64,000 nt of DNA from Felis catus (lineage: Eukaryota). Position 1 is the first letter of the stretch. Each line of letters starts with the position of its first letter. The notes under the pieces are model-generated. The model did not search any database, was not told the origin of the DNA, and saw only the letters and a program-made list of their open reading frames with translations. Position numbers and translations under genes: made by a program. This document shows positions 14,004 through 26,390 of this stretch, one piece after another. The DNA lies in the NCBI RefSeq assembly GCF_018350175.1, contig NC_058368.1, forward strand, positions 34,164,001 to 34,228,000. Direction: 5' to 3'.

Positions 14004-14225
14004 TTTTTTAATTTTATTTATTTTTATAATATTTTAAAATATTTGTTTTTAATAGAGAGAGAGTACAAGCAGGGGAGGGGCAGAGAAAGAGAGAGAGAGA
14101 CAGAAGATCTGAAATGGACTCTGTGCTGACCACAGTGAGTCTGATGTGGGGCTGGAACTCATGAACTTGAGATCATGACCTAAGCCGAAGTCACATGCTC
14201 AACCAACTGAGCCACCCAGGTGCCC
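14004..14225 (-). mobile_element. CanSINE
   Basis: Reverse-complement head, (AG)n tract, T-rich tail. Confidence 0.95.
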
Positions 14226-14649
14226 TTCATTTCTTTGTTATATTGAACTTTTGCTTAAGATTTCATTAGAAGAAAAGGTTTGCGAATATGGGAAACAAAA
14301 CAGGTAAATCCAGCTCTATTGATTGATAATCTGGGTTGTGTTTCCCTCTTTGAGGTACATTGAATAAACTGTATATGCTTCAGAGATTTCTATTTTCATC
14401 TCCATATTTATAGTATGGGACTCATCATATCCTTCTCTAATGTTGCTAGGAGAACTGAATGAGAAAATTTTGAAAGGCCTTTGTAAAAGGTTGTTCGTGA
14501 CTACTTACATTTTTAATTAAATGTACAATTGCTTACTGATAAACTTGGATTTTATGGCAACCATTCACGGAAATTCTGAAATGCAGACATTTGAATTTAT
14601 GTAATTGACAAAGTAAGATTAGTCCAGTTGTTAAACTCATTTTATGACA

Positions 14650-14850
14650 GCCTCTGACCATGTAGGTCCTTGAGCAAATTATCTACCTTTCCTAAGGCCC
14701 TGTTTACCCTCCTTGGTCATGAAGGAAAAATCACAGTATTAATCTCAGGGGTGTTTTTGCTATGAAATGAGATGATAGCTGTGGAGTAGGCATAGCGCCT
14801 GGCATAGCAAAGTAAGCTTAGAAATCAATATACGTTTACTGTTGTCACTA
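14650..14850 (+). mobile_element. MIR SINE fragment
   Basis: ccttgagcaaattatctacc...gaaatgagatgata...catagcgcctggcatag resembles the MIR core and tail. Confidence 0.65.
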
Positions 14851-15155
14851 CTATTATTATTTATGTTCCTTTTGTAAACCTGTTCATAAATTCATCCCTG
14901 ATTATTTATTGTTTGTGCAAAATAAGGGAATGCCTTAGAAAGGGGAGAAACAAACATATGACTTTGAAAGAACCTAATCTTACTGGCTGTGTCTCTCTTT
15001 TTAATTTTTTTTAAACTTATACTGAGATCATAACACACTCATCTGAGTCATTATGATCTCACGAGAAGAATATGAGATGCTTCCATTGAAATTTCACTGA
15101 AATCTTAATGCAACCATTATGGTTCTTCCACTGAAATCATAATCATATGTTCTGT

Positions 15156-15283
15156 AGCCATCATGGTGTATCGTGTCAATGCATACTAAGGGAGTCCTCG
15201 TGCACAGACCATTGACATGATAGACTATAATGGCTCTTTCAGAGCTGCTATGGTCCACTGTGTCAATGCATACTGAGGGAGCC
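15156..15283. repeat. Imperfect palindromic element present as about 1.5 tandem copies (possible ancient MITE)
   Basis: Arms at 15156-15181, 15210-15237 (inverted) and 15241-15268; gtgtcaatgcatact(a/g)agggag occurs twice. Confidence 0.85.
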
Positions 15284-15710
15284 TTTAACGCACTGATCCG
15301 AGCCTGCAGAGTACTTCTCCACGGTGGGGAGGGGGGTAATCTTATGAATATTTTGATGAAAAGCCGGTTGCTGGATTTTCATTCAGTTTTAATAAGCTTC
15401 ACAGTGATATAGTGATTAGTGTGCATCAAGCTAGTAGTAAGGTTCAGGTTTCATTTAAGACTATGAAACAGTTGTTATCTTCCCAAGATGCAAGACAACT
15501 TAGTTCAGAAAGCAGTTGCCTGTATCAAGGACAAGAGCACCTTGTGGGGGTCATCGGTAATGTGCTTCAGTGCAGTCTTCCAACCTAATCACCCCATACC
15601 CATTGCCAACCACTAATGAAAACTGCAGAAAGTACTTCCTCATTATTTCTGAACAACACGTCTCTGCTTATAATGTATTTCTGAAAACTCTGGATCACAA
15701 AAATGCGGTG

Positions 15711-15947
15711 TTTTCTTTTTTTTTCTTGAGTTTATTTATAGATTTTTTGAGAGAGAGAGAGAGAGAAAGAAAGGGAGGGGGGGAGGAGCAGACAGAGAAG
15801 GAGAGAGAGAATCCCAAGCAGGCTCTGCACTGTTAGTGCAGTGGCCATCACGGGACTCCATCTCACAAACCGTGCAATCGTGACCTGAGCCAAAATCAAG
15901 AGTCGAAGAGTCAAGCGCTTAACTGACTGAGCCACCCAGGTGCCTCC
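15711..15947 (-). mobile_element. CanSINE
   Basis: Reverse-complement head gagccacccaggtgcctcc, (AG)n tract, T tail. Confidence 0.95.
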
Positions 15948-16789
15948 AAAAAATAAAGTGTTTTCTAAATTAATTTCTAAGTGGAAGGGGGAATTCAAAT
16001 ACATTCCCAGGAACCATTAAAAATGTTAATTTAAGGAACGAAATGTAGTCATTTCACAAAGTCTTAATTATCCATCCGTGACCACATGAATCCTTTTTCT
16101 TCACTGTGGAGGAAACCAAGTGTTGGATTGTATGTATGGACACTCATATAGTCCTAATTTTTAAATTTACTTGCTTATATAAAAGTTAGAGCCACCCTTA
16201 AGTATTTTATAATTAACTAAAATTATTAAGCAATTAAGGGATCCAATGTATAAGATAACTCCAAGACTAGAGGGTCAACAAAATTAGAAAACACTTCACA
16301 GAGTTTTAGCCCTTGTTTCTTTCTTCCCAAGGCTGGACCTTGTCCAAATTTGACATTGCCCTTTTCCACCAGTAAATACTTTGTTTCTTTCTGTTTACAT
16401 TACTTTTCCAGAAATGTAGACTACTTTCTTCCTATTTTTGCCCTCAGCAAGATGTCAGATCATTCTTTTTAAAATGTTAACTTATAACTACAGTTACCTA
16501 TGTATGATTTACTCTGTCACTAGCTGTTCAAGGAATACCGTACTCTCATATGAAAATAAAATATTATAGTCTAACTCCTTAAACCCCCCAAAGAAATTAA
16601 AATCAAATAATAATTTTTTTGTCAAGAAAGGTCTTTCTTTGTTATCACCCATGCCACAGAATCAGTTTTGCTTTTGTTTAAAAAGCTGCCTATGACTAGA
16701 ATCACCAGTGGCCCAGATGCAGTAGAAATAAAGCTGAAGACAGATTAATAAAAATAAAATAACAATTATAGCTAACACATACATGCCAT

Positions 16790-18115
16790 TTATTTATTCT
16801 CTATCTTCCCAACAAGATCCATTCTCCTGTCTCTCTTCTCTTCCCTGTGTCATGATGAATTGAGGCTTAATGGTTTTATCATTATGGCTTCCTTGGTCTT
16901 TGGTATCCGGCTGGTTGCAGTCAATGGGGGGCATAAGCAAGATGTAAGAGAATGAGAAGGCTGTCGGCTGTTCCTTCTGCTGCTCCCTTCTGGGGGCCTC
17001 AGCAGTCTAGCAGTGGCTGAGAGTCAGCTCTCAGGCTCTGAGAACAATATCATGCCTACAGGTGGGAATTACTTTCTGCTATTGTGATAGTCACCAGGCA
17101 TCTTAGCATGTATTGTTGGTTCCTTTCCATTGAAACACACATATAGGAGTAGATGTATAGATGTACATCTAGTAGGTGGCAGACCTCAGTGGTCTGCCAC
17201 ATGTGTGAATGGTCCCATCATTAAAGGATCTCAATTAAATCCTTGAGTAGATATTACACAAGGAGACTCACTGCGGCATATTTTAATAATCTCCATCCAA
17301 TAATAATGACCGAAAGTAACCCGCGGCAATACAGTGAGGATAAGACATTAAGGTCTTGGACACTTCAGAAATGATGACTCAGGTCACTCCTCTGGGTAAA
17401 GAACCCACCCCAGTTGAAATGCTGACAAAGGTTAAGGGAAACATAGAAGAGATGATGTAAGAAGGAATCAATGGTTATCAATTTAGGCTTTATTACCTGC
17501 TAGCATAGGTACTGTCATAGCTGTATTTTATGTTAAGTTCTCATTTCTTTTGTCCTTTTCCCTGTCTTCATATATGAAAAGTATTGGCTGTGGCTCATGT
17601 TATAGTTTATGTTCTAGATGGCAATCTGACTACATTGACATCATCCCATGATTATATGATGGCTGATAACTCTTTGGGGATAAAATACTCTTCATCTAAA
17701 TAAAAACCAAAAATGGATACTGAATGTCAAAAGGTGTAGAATATTTTGGTTATAAAGTGTTGTTCCCTCCTTCCCCTCCTCATACCATCTCTGCTCCTCT
17801 GCGCTCTGAGATCCAGTTATGGCTGAACACTTAGGCTCCTTTGTCCTCCTTGGATTCAACAAATACAAAGACCAGCTAGGTGATGGCAGAAAGGAGTAGG
17901 GAGTGTTCTCCTTGTCCACAGGTCCAGTTCTCATCAGGCATCGCTATTGTTAATTCCTCTCTTTTCCCTTCAAGCTTAGGTGTTGTAATGACTCTACTGT
18001 TGCAGTCCAAGAATGTCTCAGATTCCTCTTTGGCTCCCTGAACTTTCCACCTATCTCTTTAATTAGATTCTCTATTAACTTCTCTTCAGCTAAACGCAAC
18101 TGAGAGGATTTTTTT
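16790..18115 (+). mobile_element. Ancient ERVL remnant: LTR33/LTR41-like segments flanking an ERVL internal 3' fragment
   Basis: 17350-17520 (ggtcactcctctgggtaaagaacc..ccagttgaaatgct..aagggaaacataga) resembles the ERVL internal 3' end; flanks resemble old ERVL LTRs. Confidence 0.5.
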
Positions 18116-18149
18116 TTCTTGTTCGGCTCATAAGTAATACAATGTATTA

Positions 18150-18370
18150 GCCGTTGATGAGTCAGGCCAATGACTTTTCCAAACCCATTACATGCATTAT
18201 CTTACTTATTCTTCACAACTCGATAGGTTAAGGACTATTCCTCTCACATTTTACTAATGATGGAAATGAGCCACAGATAATAAGTATCTTGCCCAATATC
18301 ACACAGAAAGTAAATGGTTATAGCCAAGATTGAATCAGGATCATCTGACTCAAGCCCATAGTTTCGGCGC
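18150..18370 (-). mobile_element. MIR SINE
   Basis: ttattcttcacaac...attttactaatgatggaaatgag..acaga..taagtatcttgcccaatatcacacag. Confidence 0.8.
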
Positions 18371-19266
18371 CTATAAAAATATTTTGGAAGCATACAGGTT
18401 TTATGTCGATTGAGTGCCCCTTAGGTATGAGAAAGTAGACTTGTAGAACAAATAAAAATTGGTAAAGAAACACGGCCTCCGGACTGAAATTCTTTTTACC
18501 AATAAGTATAGACAGTGACAAACCTGCACAGTATGTAAAATTTAAGTGCTTTAGCCCACCGATTTTGTATCCTAGAATACAATCCAAATTCCTTGACTGA
18601 ATAAATTATTTTTAGGTAACTTTATGCGCTGAAACGTTTAGAGTATTCAACACTACAATCAGAACTCCTGTTCTGAAAACTCATTTTTATTCTGAATTTG
18701 ATGACACTTTTCTTCACTCTTCCCTCCAGTTTTTGTGGTTGTTCCTTAGGGTCTGTCTCCTAATTCCACATCATATTTCAAATTGCTGGAGTTCTTGACT
18801 TTGTCTTGGAACCTCTCCTGTTCTTCCTTCTGTTTTTCTCTCTTGTCCTTTCTTCCTCAGTCATTTTAATTTTATATTTCACATTAGTTTTTCTTGCAAG
18901 ACATGCTTGGTTACGGGTCTATCTATAAAGTAAATATTTGGCACTGGTTTACCTGGCAGATTTGGCCTGGGTGCAGTCTGGCTGGTGGATTTTGTATATT
19001 CATAATCTGAAAATCTGGAAATAAAATCTAGTAAAAAACTCATCAGTCACTAGAAAAAGTGATAATTTAAAAACAAAAACACAAGCTAGGTAATCAGACC
19101 ACTGATATCTGCCATCTACTAGACATGCACCTGTACTAACATTTCTGTTGGCTTTCTCATCTGTAAAACTCTATTCATGGGTTAACTTCATTTTTTTCAG
19201 GTCTTGTCATGAATCTGGATTTCTGTTTTTCTACTGGTCAAACTAAATAATAAAGATTAGTTTTTC

Positions 19267-19480
19267 AGGGCACCTAGGTGGCTCAGTCGATTAAGGGTCC
19301 GACTTCAGCTCAGGTCATGATCTTTGGGTCTGTGAGTTCGAGCCCTGCATCAGGCTCTGTGCTGACAGCTCAGAGCTTAGAGCCTGCTTCAGATTATGTG
19401 TCTCCCTCTCTCTACCCCTCCCCCACTCATGCCTCTCTCTCTTTCTCGCAAAGGTAAATAAACATTGAAAAAAATAAAAA
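19267..19480 (+). mobile_element. CanSINE
   Basis: Head, (CT) tract, A tail; TSD-like aaagattag(t/c)tttt. Confidence 0.95.
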
Positions 19481-21744
19481 AGATTAGCTTTTTCATATTA
19501 ACTGGTATCTCAAGAAAAAAGTGTTACATGTCCAAATAAGTCTGAACTCTTCATAACATATTGTTATTCGTATTGTAACTGAGCAAATTAATATTTAGTG
19601 AAAACATTTTTAATTTGTGAAGTTCTTAAACCAAAAATGTTTGTTTACACTAAGAAGAAATGTGTTATAAGCAGTACATTTTAAATTTGAAGAACCATAT
19701 TTTTCTCTGCTAAAACCACATCATACATAATACTGTGGAGCTGTCTAAATACAACAAGAACTTCACAAATTTTAGGAAGAATTGGTCACCATCTGAATGG
19801 TACTTTTAATGTATGGATTATCCAACATAAATATTATATTTGTTCTTGAAGTAAATCCACAGGGGGTAGAACACCAGTCTCTGGATAATGGCGAAAGCCA
19901 TAAAAGAACATTCTTTCTTTTCTTAAGAATGAGGGAAAAATGATGCCATTCAAGAGGTCAGTTCTTTGGCAGAAACAAAAACTCTATTTTAAAATCATCT
20001 GAAAATGAATATCTGTGTAGGGTCAGTGAGAGACTGAAACTACTGAAACTACTTCAGAGAAAAATGAATGAGCACACTAATGTGCCTTATTGTCGAGCTG
20101 AAAATAGACTGCTGAAGCGCATTCTTGTTTAAAGCCAAGATGCCACCCAAGAATCCTTGAAGCCGAATCTCTGCTAAAGAAAAACTACCATCCAACACTT
20201 GTGATATGTCACACATAAAACAATCATTAGTGAGAGAGCGGCATGCATGGTTTTCGTTATAAGTCAAGATTTTGACAGGTAAAGTTTGGAGACGCAACAT
20301 GAAAATTCCAGGATGAATGAATTTGTTACAAAACGAAATGGTGGCTCATTCAGGACGATCCCAGAATGGCCATTGACTATAAGAACTGGATGAGAAGAGA
20401 AGTAAAAATCTGAGAATACCTTCAATCCCAGAACATCTTTTCTCTTTTCTCCAACATTTCACTCATTTGTTTGCTCCTTCTCTCTTCTCTAGTCTTACCT
20501 TTATCATTTCTCCCCTTCTCTCCTCACTTTGTCTCCTCCTTCTTCCCTTAAACCCTGTTGGATCTTTCTTTTTCTGTTTCCACTTTCTTTTCTAGCTTTT
20601 CTCTTCTACTCCCATTTGTCTCATTCCCTTTCCAAGTCCACACTTTTATTTTGATCATACATGGAGAAAGGGGAAAAGGGCTCAATTTAATGATGATTAT
20701 TATAATTGTGAAATGTATTTTTGAATTGCAAATTTAGACCCATTACATTAACATTATCATTTGGTTCAAATGTTAGAGGTACTTAGTAAATTAAAGTAAA
20801 ATCATTCTGAGACTTTGAACATGAGGCTTATCTTTGAAATGATTGTCAGCCTGGCCAGAGAATGGAATTGAGTTTGTGATGAGAGAGAAATCTGCCAAAG
20901 ATCAAGCTGGCCTGCCTCTCAGTGTCGCCCTGCCTGAGCAAATTGGCAACTCATAAATGCTTTGGTTGATGATGCTCACAAAAATACGTGCAGGGGAGAC
21001 TGTTTTGCCTGCTGCTACCTGTGTCCAAAGAGTTACTGTTGCCAGCTGCTGAGTCCAGTCCCAGAGCTGCTCCTGGCAGACAGAGGCTTTTCTGGAGCAG
21101 GAGTTTCTGCAAGACTCCTATGCATATGGAAGGACATGTTGCTAGCTATCACTCAGAGAAAGAAAGAAGAGAATGTTGCTAATGAACTTCCCATTCAGTA
21201 ACATCACTATCTAGAGGAAGATGAGTATTCGAATTCATGTCAGGATTTAAGGCATATCCCATTGAGCTCCATTCTACTGAAAAATTGACTTAAAATGCTT
21301 AATAGGAGAAACCTACAACAAGAAAGCATATTTCAAAGATACAGGCTGGATGAGGTATGTTATGTACATAAGAAACATAAGAAGCTACCTACCCTATTCG
21401 TACTGTTAGTATGGATTTATGGCCTGATATTATGTCTATAAAGCAGAGGTGTTTTTGTTCTATGTACCAGTGAGCACCAGCAACTAACCTCATGCTAGTT
21501 AAAGACAATCACTCAATTTTCTATACCCTGGGCGTAGGTGTGTTTCTCCTCTCCACTGTTTTTCCCTTCTTTTACTTTTCCTTCTCTTTTCTGAAGGATT
21601 CAAAGCAACTTAACTGTACTGAACATACTGGAAAATGGTGCAAGCAATTCACCTAAAGAAGTATGAACTGGAGAAATAGCAGTGGGCCCTAAGGACCATA
21701 TAACGGAGGTGGGATTGGTAGTGATAAAGAAAATATTTTTAAAC

Positions 21745-21930
21745 GTAACCACAAGGTCATTATCATACCTAACCAAGTTAACAATAATCCTTTAATATTA
21801 TCACACAGCCCATAATAGAATTTCCTTGATTTTTTGATAAATAACAGTTTTTACAGTATATTTATTTTTATCAGTTTCTAAATAAGTTTCACCCATTCTA
21901 TTTGGCTGTTATCCCCCTAGATCTCTTAAG
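21745..21930 (-). mobile_element. Old L1 (L1MC-like) 3' fragment
   Basis: taaccacaaggtcattatcatacctaac..ttaacaataatcctttaatattatc resembles the L1MC 3' end. Confidence 0.55.
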
Positions 21931-22150
21931 GTTAGCAATTCAAATAGAACCTCAACATTGGTTAAATACTGTCTTTGGTTTGGGATTTATGAATTACTTG
22001 CTACATGGTACACACATTCTTCTAAAATAACTTCAAAGTTATCAAAAGAAGAAGCAATATATTTTTGTCTATAGTCTGGAAGATAATTAATCTACTCAAA
22101 AATATTTAGGAGAAAATGTAGAAATGATGCAAAAGTGTTTAAAGTTTTCA

Positions 22151-22385
22151 AAATAGTGAAACACAGAAGCAGAAAATAGAACGGTGGCTTCCAGGGATGT
22201 GAGCGGGAAAGGGATGGGCAGTTGCTATTAATGGGTATAAAACTGAAGTTTGGTAAGATGATTTAGTTCCAAGTATCTGCTGCACAGCATTGTGACTATA
22301 GTAAACACTATTGTGTTGTACATGTAAAAATTTGTTCAGAGTGTAGACCTCATATTAAGTGTTTTCACCACAATAATAATAGTGA
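22151..22385 (+). mobile_element. L1 (L1MA/MB-like) 3' UTR fragment
   Basis: agaagcagaaaatagaacggtggcttccaggg...gtagacctcatattaagtgttttcaccacaataa. Confidence 0.8.
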
Positions 22386-22913
22386 TAATAATAATAGTAA
22401 ATTCCTTAGTGTTTTTATTTTAACCTTTCTGGTAAAGACATTTAACCATCCAGACAACAAGTATATTATTCTAAGAGAATTGTAATTACTTCTCAATTGA
22501 ATGTATTTTGTCTAGTCTGATAGCTGAGTTAAGTATTGGCCAACATTTTAATTGATGCTTGAGATCTGATCCTGGGGGTACCCTAAGAAATTTTCCTTAT
22601 GACCTATTGGCAGTGTTAAGTCATTTTATAGACCCTAATTAATTAATAAAGATAGGTAAGTCCAAACCTTGAAAACAGCTTTGTAAACTGAATGCTTAAC
22701 TAATTATTTAGTAACTTACTTCAACTTTACTTAAATATCAAAATGGAGAAAATTTCTTAATGCCTGTAAAGGTCACTTTACCAGGAGATCGGTTCCAACT
22801 AACCAATTTATTTTCTTGTTTGTGACTGAATTCATTTCATAGTCTTTCTCTTTTTTTGGAAAATGCTTTGAGAGAAACATGAGTGGCATCTGGTTGGGAT
22901 TTTTCTGTTATGA

Positions 22914-23146
22914 TTTTTTTTAATGTTTATTTATTTTTGACAGAGAGAGAGAGAGAGAGAGAGACAGAGCATGAGTGGGGGAGGGGCAGAGAGAGAGAGA
23001 GAGAGACACACACACAGAATCTGAAGCAGGCTCCAGGCTCTGAGCTGTCAGCACAGAGCTCCACGTGGGGCTCGAACTCACAGACCACGAGATCATGACC
23101 TGAGCCGAAGTTGGACACTCAACCGACTGAGCCACCCAGGTGCCCC
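22914..23146 (-). mobile_element. CanSINE inserted in the tail of an older SINE
   Basis: Full head, body and (AG)n tail on the minus strand. Confidence 0.95.
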
Positions 23147-23152
23147 CCTCCC

Positions 23153-23205
23153 TTTTTTTTTTGAGAGACAGAAAAAGCATGTGCTTGCATGCACACACAC
23201 CCACA

Positions 23206-23245
<40 letters not shown>

Positions 23246-23472
23246 TGAGTGTATGAGCAGGGGAGGGGCAAAGGGAGAGGGAAAGAGAGTCTTTAAGTTT
23301 ATTTTGAGGGGGAGGGGCAGAGGGAGAGACAGAGAATCCTAAGCAGACTCCACACTGTCAGGGCAGAATCCTACTTGGGGCTTGAACTCAGGAACCATGA
23401 GATAGATCATGTGAGATCCTGACCTGAGCCAAGATCAAGAGTCAGACACTGGCTGAGCCACCCCTGTAACCC
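23153..23472 (-). mobile_element. Older CanSINE with a duplicated 3' region and a (CA)n expansion
   Basis: ctgagccacc head at about 23453-23462; two ggggaggggca tail modules; (CA)n at 23192-23241. Confidence 0.85.
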
Positions 23473-24380
23473 TCTGGTTGGGTGTTGGCCAAATTTCATG
23501 ATGATATAAATGCCCTCCTCTGCTTAAGTTTTTTGAATTGAGTGCCTGTAACTTGAACTAAAGGAGCCCTTACCCAGAAGTTACTGAAGTAGCTTTATAA
23601 GGAGAGGTCTTAGCTATAAGACGAGGAATAGGAAATTATGGTATTTTTGGATCCAAGGGAAGAATGACTCCTTTCTCAACATATGCTTTCCTTGCTGGCT
23701 CCCACACACAAATGTATCCTAAGAAGAATAAATTTTGGAAAAACTTAAAGATTTAACATTTTTATTTTTTAAAAAAGTTTAGAGGTTATGATGAATCTAG
23801 TATCGTGCTCCCAGAGTAATTTAAGAACCATTAAATTTTGTTTTAGTTAATGTTTTGTTGCTAAGTATAGGTTTCTGTTTCCTGACTTGTATTTATATTT
23901 TTTTAAATAAAGAATCTTTTTAGTCCTGATTAATAATTTGCCTCTTGGTTCAGAAGATTCAAGCAATAGTCATGATAAATTATTAACAATTCATCATCAA
24001 TATTTGGGATTACAAGCATATAAATGTATAATTAATTAAGTTTACAGAAATAAATATGGAGTCAGAATTTTCATCCTCTTTCTTATAGCTTCATCACATT
24101 TTGGCTTTGTTCTACTTCATAGGCAGAAATAAAATTCTTATTATGGATTTGAATGTCTTTTCTATGAGAAGAATTTTAAAAGGTTTATTTTCTTACCTTT
24201 AAAAATTTTTTACCAGTAGAAGAATATTGTGAGCATATGAATATTTTAATAGAAAGAAGAGCTCAGCTCCATCTACTTCTTATAGCAAGTAACATGTTCT
24301 TTGTAATTTTTTCTCACTGTGTAGCTTCAAAATAGTTTTAAACAGTCCCCTGCCCACATTTCACAGAAAGACAGACTTTA

Positions 24381-24591
24381 ATGTTTATTTATTTTTGAGA
24401 CAGAGAGAGACAGCCTGAACCGGAGGGGGGTGTGGGGGGGTCAGAGAGAGAGGGAGACACAGAGTCCGAAGCAGGCTCCAGGCTCTGAGCTGTCAGCACA
24501 GAACCCGACATGGGGCTCGAACTCACAGACCATGAGATCATGACCTGAGCTGAAGTCAGACGCTCAACCAACTGAGCCACCCAGGCGCCCC
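24381..24591 (-). mobile_element. CanSINE
   Basis: TSD aaagacagacttta at 24367-24380 and 24592-24605. Confidence 0.95.
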
Positions 24592-25209
24592 AAAGACAGA
24601 CTTTAGACTACACTTCCCACCTTAATCTAGTGACCTCCATACTGATGAGGTAGAAGAATGATTTGTTGTGCTTTTTAGAAAATTAAATGCTTTTTGATTG
24701 TTTTACCTATTGTTAGCTTTTTCCATGACAAAATATAATTCATTACATATCATTGAACAAAAGGTTTATTTCAAACATTTTAATCACGGTGGAATCATAT
24801 CACAACAGCCATGGTTATCAAAAGTGGTTTGTTAACTAAATTAAGAAATATGTTCTTACTGTTAAACAGTATGGAATGGTTTTCTTGGTGATAACATTTG
24901 AAACCTATATTATATTTCTATTTCCTTTTTCTTCATGAAAGAGTCCCATAAGGAAGATCTATTACTCTGTATGATACAATCGCCATGTAGCACCAAAAAA
25001 CAACATTAAAATATTCATTTAGGATTTTTAATCTAAAATTTGTCAAAATAATTTATGAAATGGAATTATGTCAAAAAATTATGAACTGTCACAGGCTGAG
25101 GGTAAAATCAGCAAAAATGATGGAGTGAGACATCAGAGGAACATTAATTGCAGTGGAGTGGTTGGCCTCTCCATTTGATGGACTTTAGTTAAAAACCTTT
25201 ACAATTAAC

Positions 25210-25406
25210 GAGCGCCTGGGTGGCTCAGTCAGTTAAGCATCTGACTCCTGATTCTGTCTCAGGTCACGCTCTCATGGTTCATAAGATCAAGGCCTGATTT
25301 GGGCTCTGTACAGACAGCACAGAGCCTGCTTGGGATTCTTTCTCTCTTTCTCTCTCTGCCCCTCCCCTGCTCACACTCTCTCTCTCAAAATAAATAAACA
25401 TTTAAC
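25210..25406 (+). mobile_element. CanSINE
   Basis: gcgcctgggtggctcagtcagttaagc head, (CT)n, aaataaa tail. Confidence 0.95.
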
Positions 25407-26170
25407 AAAGTATAATTAAATAATTAGACAGTTTTAAAATAGCTCATTTTATTTTGAATAATAAAATATATTATGATAAAATATATATTCATTGCTATGG
25501 TAATTCCTGAAATTGTAACAGTAAAATTATCTATAGCCATAGTAATAGTATCTTGGATCTCTGATTTAACAGAATTGAACATGTGGAATATGGTAACATG
25601 CATAGTGAGGTCTATATTTATTTACAGATATTAAGTTAAATATTTGTATCTAGGTGAGTGTGTACATATTGCAAAAACGAAGCCAAATCAAATTACTATA
25701 TGATAATTTAGATTTGAGAGATGTGATTATAAACATTACTTTGAAAAAGCAAAAGGCCAAAATAGATTACTTTTGAACTTTGTAGATGAAATTAAACTTT
25801 CTCTGGGTTGCCTGAAATTAGTGTTAGGAGCATATTTACATTATTAGTAAAATTCCTCCCTACACAACCATTGAATCATTAGTTACCTGTTCTTGGCATG
25901 TCAGAAAAGCAACATGTCACTTTAAAAAATAACACTATATATCAAATATTTTTTTTTAAAAAATCTGATTGTCTTAATTATTGATGACTTGAACTTTATA
26001 TACTCTGACAATTCCATTGGTTATTTTCACAAATTTTAAAATCTGTGCAAGATTCTAGTTTAGAAAATATAACTCTCTATGTCCATAATGGTACTGTTTT
26101 TACCATACATGTGACTTTTTGTGAGATGATATATTTGGTGCTTCTAGTCCTATTATTAATAGTTATGATT

Positions 26171-26390
26171 GGGGCGCCTGGGTGGCGCAGTCGGTTAAGC
26201 GTCTGACTTCGGCCAGGTCACGATCTCACGGTCCGTGAGTTCGAGCCCCGCGTCAGGCTCTGGGCTGATGGCTCAGAGCCTGGAGCCTGTTTCTGATTCT
26301 GTGTCTCCCTCTCTCTCTGCCCCTCCCCCGTTCATGCTCTGTCTCTCTCTGTCCCAAAAATAAATAAACGTTGAAAAAAAATTAAAAAAA
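26171..26390 (+). mobile_element. Young felid CanSINE (SINEC_Fc-like)
   Basis: ggtggcgcagtcgg...ccaggtcacgatctc...ctctgggctgatgg diagnostic; TSD aatagttatgatt at 26158-26170 and 26391-26403. Confidence 0.97.

Noticed and set aside
15173..15283. Direct repeat with spacer, superficially CRISPR-like
   Set aside because: There are only two copies, the context is mammalian and there are no cas genes. The palindromic element explains it.
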